From NCBI GenBank assembly GCA_043228905.1, contig JBHGNT010000001.1:4960001-5024000 (forward strand): a stretch of 64,000 bases of DNA. The letters are read 5' to 3'. Below the pieces are notes generated by a model that saw only the letters and a list, made by a program, of their open reading frames with translations, was not told where the DNA came from and did no database searches. Positions 50,780 to 60,989 of the stretch are shown here, piece by piece. This stretch comes from Azolla caroliniana. Taxonomy: Eukaryota; Plantae; Polypodiophyta. Numbering within the stretch: the first letter of the stretch is position 1; every line of letters begins with the position of its first letter. Both the position numbers and the translations under genes were made by a program.

Positions 50780-51464
50780 CCGCCAACGGCATATTGCTCT
50801 CACAACGACACTATGTGTTGAGTATGTTGTACAAGTTCAATATGACAGAGTGCCGACTTGTCTCCACACCCCTGGACGGGAACTAGAAGCTTTGTCCCAA
50901 CTCCAGACTGGCTTGCGATGAGAAACGGTTCTGACAAATCGTCGGAAGCCTGATATATACTTGACAATCACTTGACCCGACCTCAATTACCCGGTCAGAG
51001 TGATCAGCCAATTCATGCAGAAGCCGACTATCGAGCACCTTCAGTGCGCACACCGGATACTCCGGTATGTGAGCAGCATGAAGGACAGGGGATTGTTATA
51101 GTGACACGGTATAGCTGGGAAGGTAGTCTGATATACTTATGCCGACTGGGTTGGTGATGCATCGGATTGCCGATCTACCTTTGGTTACATGTTTTCTCTG
51201 GGTAGCGCAGTTGTTGCGTAGAGCAGCAAAAAGCAACCAACAGTGGCTCTGTCGAGCATTGAGGCTGAATACCGGGGCACTACCAATGCCACTTGTGAAG
51301 CCATCTAGCTTCGGCGACTGTTGGGAGACCTACAGATTGAGGTATCGACCCCGATCCTGTGCAGAACCAGAAGGGTCACGGCAAACAAGACCGGACCGGA
51401 CGAGGAACACGAGCGAGGCGGAGCAATGCCAGGAGGAGCCGGGTTGAAGAACCGGCTACCGCGG

Positions 51465-53110
51465 TGTCGTGAAAATCCGTCACTATGTGCGGATCATGAG
51501 GCGGAACCGCCAAGGTCCTGGACTAGAAGGATTTAGTGCAACACGTACAACACAAGCAAGTTTTAAGCATAAGACAAGTGGAAGAGACAAATCATTTTCT
51601 TTATTGCAAAAGAAAATCGATTCTTTATAATTTCAGAATCGTGTTACAATGGGTTGGGTATGGAAATGAGAGATTAGTTTTTCAAAGAAAGGAGCCAACC
51701 ATGCAAGGAGTGGTCCGATATGAATACGAGAGATAATTTTTTACAAGAAAGCTCAAGTAAACAAAGCTAAGAGTTTGATATCAATATGTGAGATAATTTT
51801 ATTCTCGAATCCGAGAGGGAAGAAGAAAGAAGGGGGGGAAAAAAAGAAGGAAAAAAAAAACTAGGAGGGAAAAAAATGGGACATATATCGAGCTCCTCGT
51901 TGATCCTCCTCCCCAACTTTACTTTGCATGCCCACTTTTAGTCGGAAGGTCTCTATTTTTAGTTGCATGGCCTCTGCTTTTAGTCGCATACTTCCATTTT
52001 TAGATGCATGCCTTTTTACTTTTAGTTGCATGGCCTTGGCTTTTGGTTGCATACGATTGTCCGTATAATTGGGCCAAATGACACAATCATCCATAAAGTT
52101 TAGCCCGTGCGCAATCCGTACGTGCATCACAACCAAACTGTAGACGCATCAACGCGCAAAATTCTCGACCACGTAGTAGTGTACGCATCCACGCATGCGC
52201 ACGTCCCGACCGCGCTGTAGTGTACGCATCCACGCGTGCGCGCGTACAACCCGCACCGTATATGCATCCGCGCACAAAAGTCTCGTCCGCGCCGTATCAG
52301 CGCGCAAAAGTCTCGACCACGTAGTAGTGTACGCATCCACGCATGCGCACGTCCCGATCGCGCCGTAGTGTACGCATCCATGCGCGCGCGGGTACAACCC
52401 GCGTCGTATACGCATCCGCGCACAAAAGTCTCGTCCGCGCCGTATCAGCGCGCAAAAGTCTCGACCACGTAGTAGTGTACGCATCCACGCATGCGCACGT
52501 CCCGACCGCGCCGTAGTGTACGCATCCACGCGCGCGCGCGTACAACCCGCGTCGTATACGCATCCGCGCACAAAAGTCTCGTACGCACCGTAGTGTACGC
52601 ATCCACGCATGCGCACGTGCGCACACACGCGTCCGTCCAAAACGTCCATGCGTACGTCCACGCATGCGCACTTGCACATACACGCATCCGTCCGAAATTT
52701 GCACACACACGTACATCCGAAGAGGTCCATGCGCGCGTACTTCCGAAAACGTCCACACGGCCATGTAGTCGCGCATACGCCCGAAGTGCGCACACCACAT
52801 AATGTAGCCCAAGTCACCTTGAACATCCTATGCTCCACACATTGATAGAATGAATATGTTTTGGTTTCCCTTATATATTTTAAGTTCCAATGTTATCCTA
52901 TCTATGTGGGATATCTCACAATTTTGTCTTTTCTTTTCTTTTCCTCAAACTTCACACTCACATAACTTGATACTTGTTTATCCGTTTTATGCGTAGTAAA
53001 ATACGCTATGAAGCTCTTGAACACATCTATCTTTCCATATCCATATATTAAGCTAATCATAAATAATTATTTTATTAGTTTTCATATCGTGTGTGGAAAA
53101 CCACACGACA
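51465..53110 (-). mobile_element. Solo LTR (1646 bp) of the copy-3 subfamily
   Basis: Collinear with 48831-50779; TGTCGTG...CACGACA; 4-bp flanks GCGG/ACGG. Confidence 0.9.
52155..52600. repeat. 148-bp tandem repeat x3 in the solo LTR
   Basis: TCTCGACCACGTAGTAG at 52163, 52311, 52459. Confidence 0.9.
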
Positions 53111-54352
53111 ACGGACACTAACACCACGATCCGACCTCAAGTTGAGCTTGAGGGGGAGTGTTGAGCGAGCAAGCTCAACCGGATCTGGATTGGCATCCGG
53201 AAGGATGAGCCGGATTGGTATCCGGACGGTATCCGAAAACAACCGGCCGAATCGGAGAGCCGGATTCGAGCGGGAACCGGAAGCCTAGTAGTAGCCTAGA
53301 CTACTAGGTAATCATTGTCTCGTAGTTAGTGTCAGTCGCACGTGTGAGCATTGAAGTACCTGTCAGCACTTCTGTCAGTCCTTTATGGACTTGTATAAAT
53401 AGTGTTGTTTAGCACGTTGTATGTACAGAGAGTTTTAGAGTTAATTTTTAAATATAGTTTTATGTTCTACTCTCTCTGTCTCCTCTGTGTTTTTAAGCTT
53501 TTCCATTAAACCTTCATCTCATTTTCTGTTGTTATCCGGCTGAGCCGGTGTCGTGAAGAAAACCGTCCATAGGCGGAATCGGCGCACCAAGGCGTGGGAA
53601 CCGGTTCTTCACGCGCGCACGCTCCGAGTTGTACATAGAAACGAATTGAGAGGATAATCGGCAGGAACGGGCCCTAACTCAAGTGGAGACAAAGACCGCG
53701 CGAACAGTCTTTTCGGTCGCGCGCGCGAACTGTACGAGTCGGCGGCGTAACTACGCGGATCCGTGAAAAACGGAGCGGATCCCTGTCCAAAAGGGACAGG
53801 GAATAAAGCTGACACGACGGCCTGTTCGTCGGCCTATATAAGGAGCGGGAAAGAGCTGTTGCAGGGATCTGGCGCGGAGAGGACGAAGTGCTGTCGGACC
53901 GTTTCTGGACGCTTCGCTCCCTCTGTTTCCTTCCTTCTGGAGCTCCAAAGCTTTCTGTGCAGGGTTCCGGGGAGGCTCGCGCTGTTTCGAGGAACGCCCG
54001 AGTGCTTCCAGCAGCACCTCCGACCTGCTACCCCCCCCCATTTCCCCCGTTTGTGCGTCGAAGCGAACAGGCATCGGCATCTGTTCGCCGGCCTGTTCGG
54101 TTGCAACCAACCTGTGCCCCATCGGGGGTTGTAGTCGTGTTAGCCATTTTGTTAATACACATATTTAGTCATTCGCATCCGTCTGTGTCGGTGTCTGTTC
54201 GCGTTCTCCGTGCTGAAGGGCCGTGTCCCTGTGTATCCCCGGTCCTGCGTAGCCGGTTCTCTCTCTTTCTCCTCCCTCGCTTGCTCTTTGGTTCGAGACC
54301 CCCGCGGTCCCGCCTCTATTCCACACGCACTTGCGTAATATCTCGACATCTT

Positions 54353-54370
54353 TGGTGAACCCGACGTGAA
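54353..54370 (+). promoter_or_regulatory. Primer-binding site complementary to tRNA-Trp
   Basis: TGGTGAACCCGACGTGAA is the reverse complement of TTCACGTCGGGTTCACCA, the 3' end of plant cytosolic tRNA-Trp as I recall it. Confidence 0.85.
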
Positions 54371-54392
54371 AGAGGCGGCAGAAGAGCAGAAG

Positions 54393-56519
54393 ATGAGGGG
54401 GTCGGATCTCGCAGAGGCCATGGCTTCGGCCGTGGATCGGATCGTAAACGCGCGCGAGGGTACCGGTGCCCTCGACAGAGCTATTGAGGCGGTCGTCGGC
54501 ACGATCGGCCGGTTCGATGGGAGGGATGCCACGAAGTATCTGGCGTCCTACGGTGCAGAAATGTTGATGCGGGACATTCCGGAAGAAAGGCGTCTTGCCG
54601 GTTTTCCCCGAGTGGCAATACCGAGCATCCATGCGGAGGTGCTCGAGGTGCGGGCGGAGAGCCGTACCTGGGAGGAGTTCGAAGGTCGGCTCCTAGAGAA
54701 ATACGGGCTGGACGACGCGCTCCGGCTTTCGAAGCGAAGGTTCATGGAATGGGTGGAGTCCCCGGGGAAGGGAAGAAACGCGTCGGCACTCCTCCGGGAG
54801 TTCGAGGAAAACTTTGCGCGCCTTTCGGCGCTCGACCGAACCATCCTGGACACGAGCCGGGTCTTGCTGTTTGTCAAGTCGGTCGACGAGCGGGATCGGG
54901 AGCAAGTGGGCCTCTTGCTGGAAACCGAAGACGGGCTCACTACCGACTGGGCGGCTGTCAGGAAGGTCTGTGGCCGTTTCGACAAACGGCGAGAATGGGC
55001 GGATAACGGACCGACTGGGTCGGGCTCGGTCGCAGCAAGGAAGCTCGAACCAGCGCCACAGGTGCGCAAGGAAGAGACCCGGGAGTGGTTGGAAACCGGT
55101 TCGGCTTCGACCGGCGTAGTCAGAGGCTCAACCGGAGGAGCGGCGCTGGAGGAATTGACGAAGGCGATAAAGGACCTCCAAATCGCGCAGGCCCGAAGGG
55201 AAGGAGGCGAACCGGCTCGTGACCGACGGCCGGCGGCAGGAAACAGGTGCATGTGGTGCGATGAAGTCGGCCACGTTCGGAAGGACTGCGGCGACTTCGC
55301 GGAGGCGCTGAGGGACCGGGTGGTGTACCTGTGGGAAGGACGGGTGCATGCCAGCGACACCCGAAGGGCCCTGAGCCGAAACGACGGAAAGGGTGGTATG
55401 AAAAGGTTGATGGAAGAGGCGGCGGCCCGACACGCGGAAACCGTCCACTACTCGGCGTCGGCCGGCATTCGAGTCGGGGGCGGCGAGGCCCGAAAGGAAA
55501 GCAAAGCCGGATTCTGGCCGACGATGCTGGAAGGCCTTGCCGGTGCAGGGCTTAAAAGGGAGGAATCGGACCGTGCGGAGAAACGGGTACGGGAGATGAC
55601 CGGGTGGAGCGACCCGGTCGAGGAAAGGACGGGCTTCGTGGAAGCCGCTTGCCGGAACTACGAGGCTCTGGTAGAAGAGAAGCGGGTGGGAAAACCCGGG
55701 ACGACCGGGCCCTCACAACGATACGAGACCCGGTCCGGGCCACGACGGGACGAAGCCGGCAGGGCCGGTACGCAAGATAAACCCCAGAAGGGCGGGTACC
55801 GTCTGGGGACGGAGATAGAAAGAACCACGGACTTACGAAAGGTCCTGGAGGAACGGATCCTCGACAGCAAGGTGGAGCTGTCGCTACGGGAGGTGCTTGG
55901 AATCGCCAAGAAGGAGTTCCACGACTCCATCGTGGACTTGGTGAAACGGAAGAGGCTGTCAACGGAGACAGAACCGGAAAGACCGGTGGAAGTGCGGACG
56001 ACGCACCTAGACGACATGGCGCTGGGAGACGAGTGGGCGGAAAGCCACTATTCGAGACCGCACTGGGCCCGAGCGACCACGGAAACCCCGGTGAAGATCG
56101 GCGATGTCCAGGAACCGGTGATAGCTTTGGTGGACCACGGATCGGAGATCAATTTGATGTCCATGGACTTCTATAAAAAGGGCAAATGGCCGATCAACAC
56201 CAAGCACGGGTGGAAAATAAGGGCAGCAACGCGCGCCACCGAGGAACTGCACGGGGCCTGTCCGAATGTGCGAGTCAAGATCGGCGACGTCGAGATTGAC
56301 CAGCACTTTTTCGTGCAGGAGACGTCTTTGCATCCGGTCATACTGGGAGAGCCGTACATCACGGCGGCGCGAATGGAAACCAAGGTGCTGGACAATGGTT
56401 CGGCCTATGCGCGGGTCAAGAGCCAGGACGGCCGCCATTCGGTCCAGTTTTTGACGGTTAGGCCGAACCACGAGCGTAACCGCGACTCCCTCGGTTCCGA
56501 TAACCGAGAGGATTTTTAG
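54393..56519 (+). CDS. Gag-protease ORF (first ATG 54393; frame open from GTG 54366)
   Basis: Zinc knuckle CMWCDEVGHVRKDC; protease ALVDHGSEINLM...VILGEPYI. Confidence 0.9.
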   Translation: MRGSDLAEAMASAVDRIVNAREGTGALDRAIEAVVGTIGRFDGRDATKYLASYGAEMLMRDIPEERRLAGFPRVAIPSIHAEVLEVRAESRTWEEFEGRLLEKYGLDDALRLSKRRFMEWVESPGKGRNASALLREFEENFARLSALDRTILDTSRVLLFVKSVDERDREQVGLLLETEDGLTTDWAAVRKVCGRFDKRREWADNGPTGSGSVAARKLEPAPQVRKEETREWLETGSASTGVVRGSTGGAALEELTKAIKDLQIAQARREGGEPARDRRPAAGNRCMWCDEVGHVRKDCGDFAEALRDRVVYLWEGRVHASDTRRALSRNDGKGGMKRLMEEAAARHAETVHYSASAGIRVGGGEARKESKAGFWPTMLEGLAGAGLKREESDRAEKRVREMTGWSDPVEERTGFVEAACRNYEALVEEKRVGKPGTTGPSQRYETRSGPRRDEAGRAGTQDKPQKGGYRLGTEIERTTDLRKVLEERILDSKVELSLREVLGIAKKEFHDSIVDLVKRKRLSTETEPERPVEVRTTHLDDMALGDEWAESHYSRPHWARATTETPVKIGDVQEPVIALVDHGSEINLMSMDFYKKGKWPINTKHGWKIRAATRATEELHGACPNVRVKIGDVEIDQHFFVQETSLHPVILGEPYITAARMETKVLDNGSAYARVKSQDGRHSVQFLTVRPNHERNRDSLGSDNREDF
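56510..56516 (+). promoter_or_regulatory. Candidate -1 ribosomal frameshift heptamer G_GAT_TTT
   Basis: In phase just before the ORF1 TAG; -1 frame open into pol; same GGATTTTTAG in copy 2 (43931-43940, minus). Confidence 0.75.
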
Positions 56520-59500
56520 AGAGGGCTGCCAAGGCGTGGGGCCGCGACAGTCCGGACACCCCGGGAAAACCCCACACCTGTACGATAAAACCGAAGAAAC
56601 CTTGTACCATAGGTAGGGAATTTTTGTTCTCCGACAACGGAGCGTGTGCGATGGTCGGCATCGCCGGCCGAGAGAAAACAAAGACGGAGGCGAGACTTCG
56701 AGCGTGCGGAGTTCTCGGCCCGGACGAGGAAATCAACGGAGCCGTGGAGGCGGTCTCATTCGACGACACCTTGGGAATGCTGGGAAAGGTAGTCGAAGAA
56801 GGCCTTAACGACAACCGGACGATACCGGTGTGTTCCGAGGAGATGTACGAAGTCATCGCGGACTTCGGTCGAGGGCTCGAGTCAGTTCGGACGGCCCACG
56901 TAAACACCAAGTACAAGACTGTGGACCGGAAGGTAAGGCCAGTAGCGGCACCCTTACCGGAGGACAGCGCGTCGAGAATCAAAGGGGTTGCGTCAGACCC
57001 TAGTCTACGAGATCCGGCCTGCATAGGGCACACCTTCACTGACGAGACGCTCCGAGAGCTCAAAATCGGTGGGGGCGGGTTCCTACTGCCGGCGGAGGAA
57101 GACCGGTTTCGGAGAATGCTCGGAAGGCACGGGAAAGCCTTCGCATTCTCGCCGGAGGAAATCGGGTGCGTTGACCCAACGATCGTGGAGCCGATGGTGA
57201 TATTCACGGTACCGCATGTACCATGGAATCTCAAGCCAATCCCGGTTCCGAGAGCTCACATCCCGAAGTTGATGGAGCTGCTGAGGCAGAAAGTTGATAT
57301 GGGAATTCTCGAGCCGTCGAGCGCCCCATATTCGAATCGATGGTTTACCGTACCGAAGAAAAACGGTTCGCTGCGCTTCATCCAGGACCTGCAGCCGGTC
57401 AATCGAGTGACCATTCGGAACGCAGGAATCGGACCGACCATAGACGAGTTCGCGGAGGCCTTCGCCGGAAGGTCAATTTACTCGGTCGGGGATCTATACT
57501 CAGGGTACGACCAGTTCCAGCTGGCCGTGGAGAGCAGAGACCTTACGACGATGCGAACTCCCCTCGGCCTAGTTCGGATGTGTACACTGCCGCAAGGAGG
57601 GACCAACTCGGTGGCCCACATGGTGAATGCGATGAACAAGGTTCTGAGGGACTGTGTCCCGGACATTACCATGCCGTTTCTGGACGACATCCCGATCAAG
57701 GGATGCCCGGTGGAAGAAAAGGACGAGACGATCGGGCCGGACGGATGCCGGCGATTCGTGGCGACGCACGTCGACGACTGCGAGAAGGTGTTGCAAAGGC
57801 TAGAGGATGCGAGACTCACCTTCTCCGGGGAGAAGTCGGCCTTCGGGCAGTCAGAAATCATGGTGGTCGGACACCTGTGCGGACCATATGGCCGGAAACC
57901 GTCTCCGGCGAAGGTAGAAGCCATCTCCGCGATGAAGCCCGACTGCAGCTCGGTCACGGAAGTACGGAGATTCCTGGGGGCATGCGCGTTCTACCACATA
58001 TGGATCCCGCATTACGCACACGTCGCGGAGCCACTGTACGGGTTGCTGAAAAAGGGGCGAAGGTTCGAATGGCTAGACAAGCACGCGGAATCGGTCCGGA
58101 AGCTGAAAGAGGCCCTTGCAGCGGCACCGGCACTCCGGAAGGCGGTTTACGGGAAGGGTACCCCGGTATTCATAACGGTGGATACCAGTCCGACCGGGAT
58201 CGGATGGGTCGTGAACCAGGAAGACGAGGACGGCAATCGGTTTCCGATCCGATTTGGCGCGAAAGTCCTCAGTGAACGGCAGCGAGGGTACGCCCAGGTT
58301 AAACGCGAACTCTGGGGTATTGTTTCGGCGGTTAAGGCCGACAAAGACTACCTGATAGGGACGGAAGTGATCATCGAGACGGATTGCCTGCCGATTCTCG
58401 GTATGGTTTCCGGATGCGCGACTCCGGACCTGGCGATGCTCAGGTGGATAGCGTACATCAAGTCCCTGGACCCGGAAATACGACACATTTCCGGGAAAGA
58501 CAACGCCATGGCCGACATGCTTTCGAGGGCGAGGTTCGACGACGAGGGCGGCATGGTTTCGGAAGACGAAGAAGTCGGCGTGGATTTCTTCGAGGCGGCA
58601 TACATAACGACCGACGGGATGAGCACTCCGGCGCTTAACGAGTTCGACGCGAGCAAGTACGACGGGGAATGGCTGCAGATCGGCGGGTTTTTGAAGACGA
58701 TGACGCCCGATGCGTCATGGACGAAGGACGAGGCCAACCGGATCCGGAAGAAAGCATATCGATTCTTTCTCCGAGATGGGCATCTATGGAAGCACCCGAA
58801 GAAGAGGGACGGCGTCCCGCTCCGAGTGGTGGCGATGAAGGAAGAACAGGAGGAGCTACTGGCGGCCTACCACGACAGCCCTTGGGCTGGACACCGTGGA
58901 ACGTGGGCGACGTTTGAGAAGCTGAAGGGAAAATACTGGTGGCCGGGATTGTACCGGGACGTGCATCGGTTCGTGTCAACTTGCGAGAGTTGTCAGATGC
59001 ACTCGATAGTCCGACACCGGGACGGGCTTCACCCTACGTACCCTCCGACTATCCACTTCAAATGGATGGTAGATCTGGTGACGATGCCGATGGGGGTAGG
59101 ACAGATGCGGTATCTGGTCCTAGCGCGGGAAGACCTGACGAACCAGGTGGAAGGCCGAGCCCTTCAGAACAAGACGACCGCGGCCGTGTGTCGGTTCCTA
59201 GTCGAGGACGTGATATGCCGGTACGGGTGCGTCGGGAAGATCGTGGCTGACCGAGGGGAGTTGGACGCCGAAGAGGCCGCGGAGCTGTTCGACCGGCTTG
59301 GAGTCAAGCTCTCGCTCACCACTGCGTACAATCCGGAGGCGAATGGAAAGGTGGAGCGCGGACACGGACCGATCGTCAAGGCGTTGATTCGGGCATGCGG
59401 AGGTCAAGTCGGTAACTGGCCGCGGCTGCTACCTTATGCTTTGTGGGCAGACCGGACCACGCACAGTTCGGTAACCGGGTACATGCCGACGGAGCTCATG

Positions 59501-60007
59501 TTCGGCCAGAAGCCGATCATGCCGATTGAACGGACGATCTCCTCGTGGGCAACGGTCGACTGGAGGGACGAGATGAGCCGGGAGGAGTTGTTGGTCGCAC
59601 GTATACGACAGCTCGAGCGGAGGCCGGAGGATGTGGCACTGGCTACGGAGAAGCTCCGGGTGGCGAGGACAAAGAACAAAGCCCGGTTCGACCGAACGCA
59701 CCGGCTACGACCGAAGAAAATCGAAGAAGGTGACTGGGTGCTCGTCTACGACAGCAGCCTCGACAACCAGCACCGAGCCGCACGGAAGTTCGCACGAAGG
59801 TGGTTCGGGCCTTACGTGGTACGGAGCGCCAATGACAACGGGACATATCACCTGGCGGAACTTGACGGCACGAGAATGGCGATACCGGTTGCGGGGAAGC
59901 GGATCAAAGCGTTCAAGAAGCGACACGACGACGAGCCAGACCCGGCTCTCCTGGTCGGCAGTGACGAACGATCCGAAAATGAAGAAGAACCGACGGGCGA
60001 GGAATGA
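56510..60007 (+). CDS. Pol ORF (RT-RNase H-integrase) in the -1 frame, no chromodomain
   Basis: No stop from 56510; LPQGGTNS, PFLDDI, TVDTSPTG, YHD..GHRG..CESC, VADRGE, WFGPY. Confidence 0.93.
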   Translation, partial: GFLERAAKAWGRDSPDTPGKPHTCTIKPKKPCTIGREFLFSDNGACAMVGIAGREKTKTEARLRACGVLGPDEEINGAVEAVSFDDTLGMLGKVVEEGLNDNRTIPVCSEEMYEVIADFGRGLESVRTAHVNTKYKTVDRKVRPVAAPLPEDSASRIKGVASDPSLRDPACIGHTFTDETLRELKIGGGGFLLPAEEDRFRRMLGRHGKAFAFSPEEIGCVDPTIVEPMVIFTVPHVPWNLKPIPVPRAHIPKLMELLRQKVDMGILEPSSAPYSNRWFTVPKKNGSLRFIQDLQPVNRVTIRNAGIGPTIDEFAEAFAGRSIYSVGDLYSGYDQFQLAVESRDLTTMRTPLGLVRMCTLPQGGTNSVAHMVNAMNKVLRDCVPDITMPFLDDIPIKGCPVEEKDETIGPDGCRRFVATHVDDCEKVLQRLEDARLTFSGEKSAFGQSEIMVVGHLCGPYGRKPSPAKVEAISAMKPDCSSVTEVRRFLGACAFYHIWIPHYAHVAEPLYGLLKKGRRFEWLDKHAESVRKLKEALAAAPALRKAVYGKGTPVFITVDTSPTGIGWVVNQEDEDGNRFPIRFGAKVLSERQRGYAQVKRELWGIVSAVKADKDYLIGTEVIIETDCLPILGMVSGCATPDLAMLRWIAYIKSLDPEIRHISGKDNAMADMLSRARFDDEGGMVSEDEEVGVDFFEAAYITTDGMSTPALNEFDASKYDGEWLQIGGFLKTMTPDASWTKDEANRIRKKAYRFFLRDGHLWKHPKKRDGVPLRVVAMKEEQEELLAAYHDSPWAGHRGTWATFEKLKGKYWWPGLYRDVHRFVSTCESCQMHSIVRHRDGLHPTYPPTIHFKWMVDLVTMPMGVGQMRYLVLAREDLTNQVEGRALQNKTTAAVCRFLVEDVICRYGCVGKIVADRGELDAEEAAELFDRLGVKLSLTTAYNPEANGKVERGHGPIVKALIRACGGQVGNWPRLLPYALWADRTTHSSVTGYMPTELMFGQKPIMPIERTISSWATVDWRDEMSREELLVARIRQLERRPEDVALATEKLRVARTKNKARFDRTHRLRPKKIEEGDWVLVYDSSLDNQHRAARKFARRWFGPYVVRSANDNGTYHLAELDGTRMAIPVAGKRIKAFKKRHDDEPDPALLVGSDERSENEEEPTGEE

Positions 60008-60989
60008 AGACGGGCCGGTTTTCTCCGTCCCAACTCTCTTGGCGCATACCGGAGGATGCGCGGTTAGGTGGGGGCGGATGTCGTGAAGAAAACCGTCCAT
60101 AGGCGGAATCGGCGCACCAAGGCGTGGGAACCGGTTCTTCACGCGCGCACGCTCCGAGTTGTACATAGAAACGAATTGAGAGGATAATCGGCAGGAACGG
60201 GCCCTAACTCAAGTGGAGACAAAGACCGCGCGAACAGTCTTTTCGGTCGCGCGCGCGAACTGTACGAGTCGGCGGCGTAACTACGCGGATCCGTGAAAAA
60301 CGGAGCGGATCCCTGTCCAAAAGGGACAGGGAATAAAGCTGACACGACGGCCTGTTCGTCGGCCTATATAAGGAGCGGGAAAGAGCTGTTGCAGGGATCT
60401 GGCGCGGAGAGGACGAAGTGCTGTCGGACCGTTTCTGGACGCTTCGCTCCCTCTGTTTCCTTCCTTCTGGAGCTCCAAAGCTTTCTGTGCAGGGTTCCGG
60501 GGAGGCTCGCGCTGTTTCGAGGAACGCCCGAGTGCTTCCAGCAGCACCTCCGACCTGCTACCCCCCCCCATTTCCCCCGTTTGTGCGTCGAAGCGAACAG
60601 GCATCGGCATCTGTTCGCCGGCCTGTTCGGTTGCAACCAACCTGTGCCCCATCGGGGGTTGTAGTCGTGTTAGCCATTTTGTTAATACACATATTTAGTC
60701 ATTCGCATCCGTCTGTGTCGGTGTCTGTTCGCGTTCTCCGTGCTGAAGGGCCGTGTCCCTGTGTATCCCCGGTCCTGCGTAGCCGGTTCTCTCTCTTTCT
60801 CCTCCCTCGCTTGCTCTTTGGTTCGAGACCCCCGCGGTCCCGCCTCTATTCCACACGCACTTGCGTAATATCTCGACACCGGTTCTGTCTGACGCTTCCG
60901 CACTTTAACATTCACAGGGGGGTGCTTGAAGCAAAGGGATTTGTGTAGAATAATGTTTGTGAGATTGGTGCCACACTCCTAAGCACCGT

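Larger units (their letters stand above)
53549..60878 (+). mobile_element. Intact, very recent non-chromovirus Ty3/gypsy element (copy 1) in the 3' LTR of copia D
   Basis: 800-bp LTRs 53549-54348 and 60079-60878 with no difference seen; 4-bp TSD CCGG; PBS 54353-54370; PPT CGGTTAGGTGGGGGCGGA. Confidence 0.97.
32395..60916 (+). mobile_element. Decayed Ty1/copia element (copia D) hosting a 28.5-kb nest
   Basis: 5' LTR 32395-32784, PBS TGGTATAAGAGC 32785-32796, gag to 33463 resuming at 38912-39699, RT/RH remnants 50780-51360, PPT before 53159, 3' LTR 53159-53548 plus 60883-60916; imperfect TSD CGGGG/GGGGG. Confidence 0.9.

Noticed and set aside
49244-52845. Many overlapping Cys/His/Arg-rich ORFs
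   Set aside because: Stop-poor alternating purine-pyrimidine repeats inside LTRs; no domain signal
53609-54358. ORFs in the gypsy LTR as possible env or accessory genes
   Set aside because: GC-rich LTR ORFs, no motifs, not conserved in copy 2 or 3 LTRs
56624-56626. Listed start of the pol ORF
   Set aside because: TTG codon; the frame is open back to the slippery site at 56510
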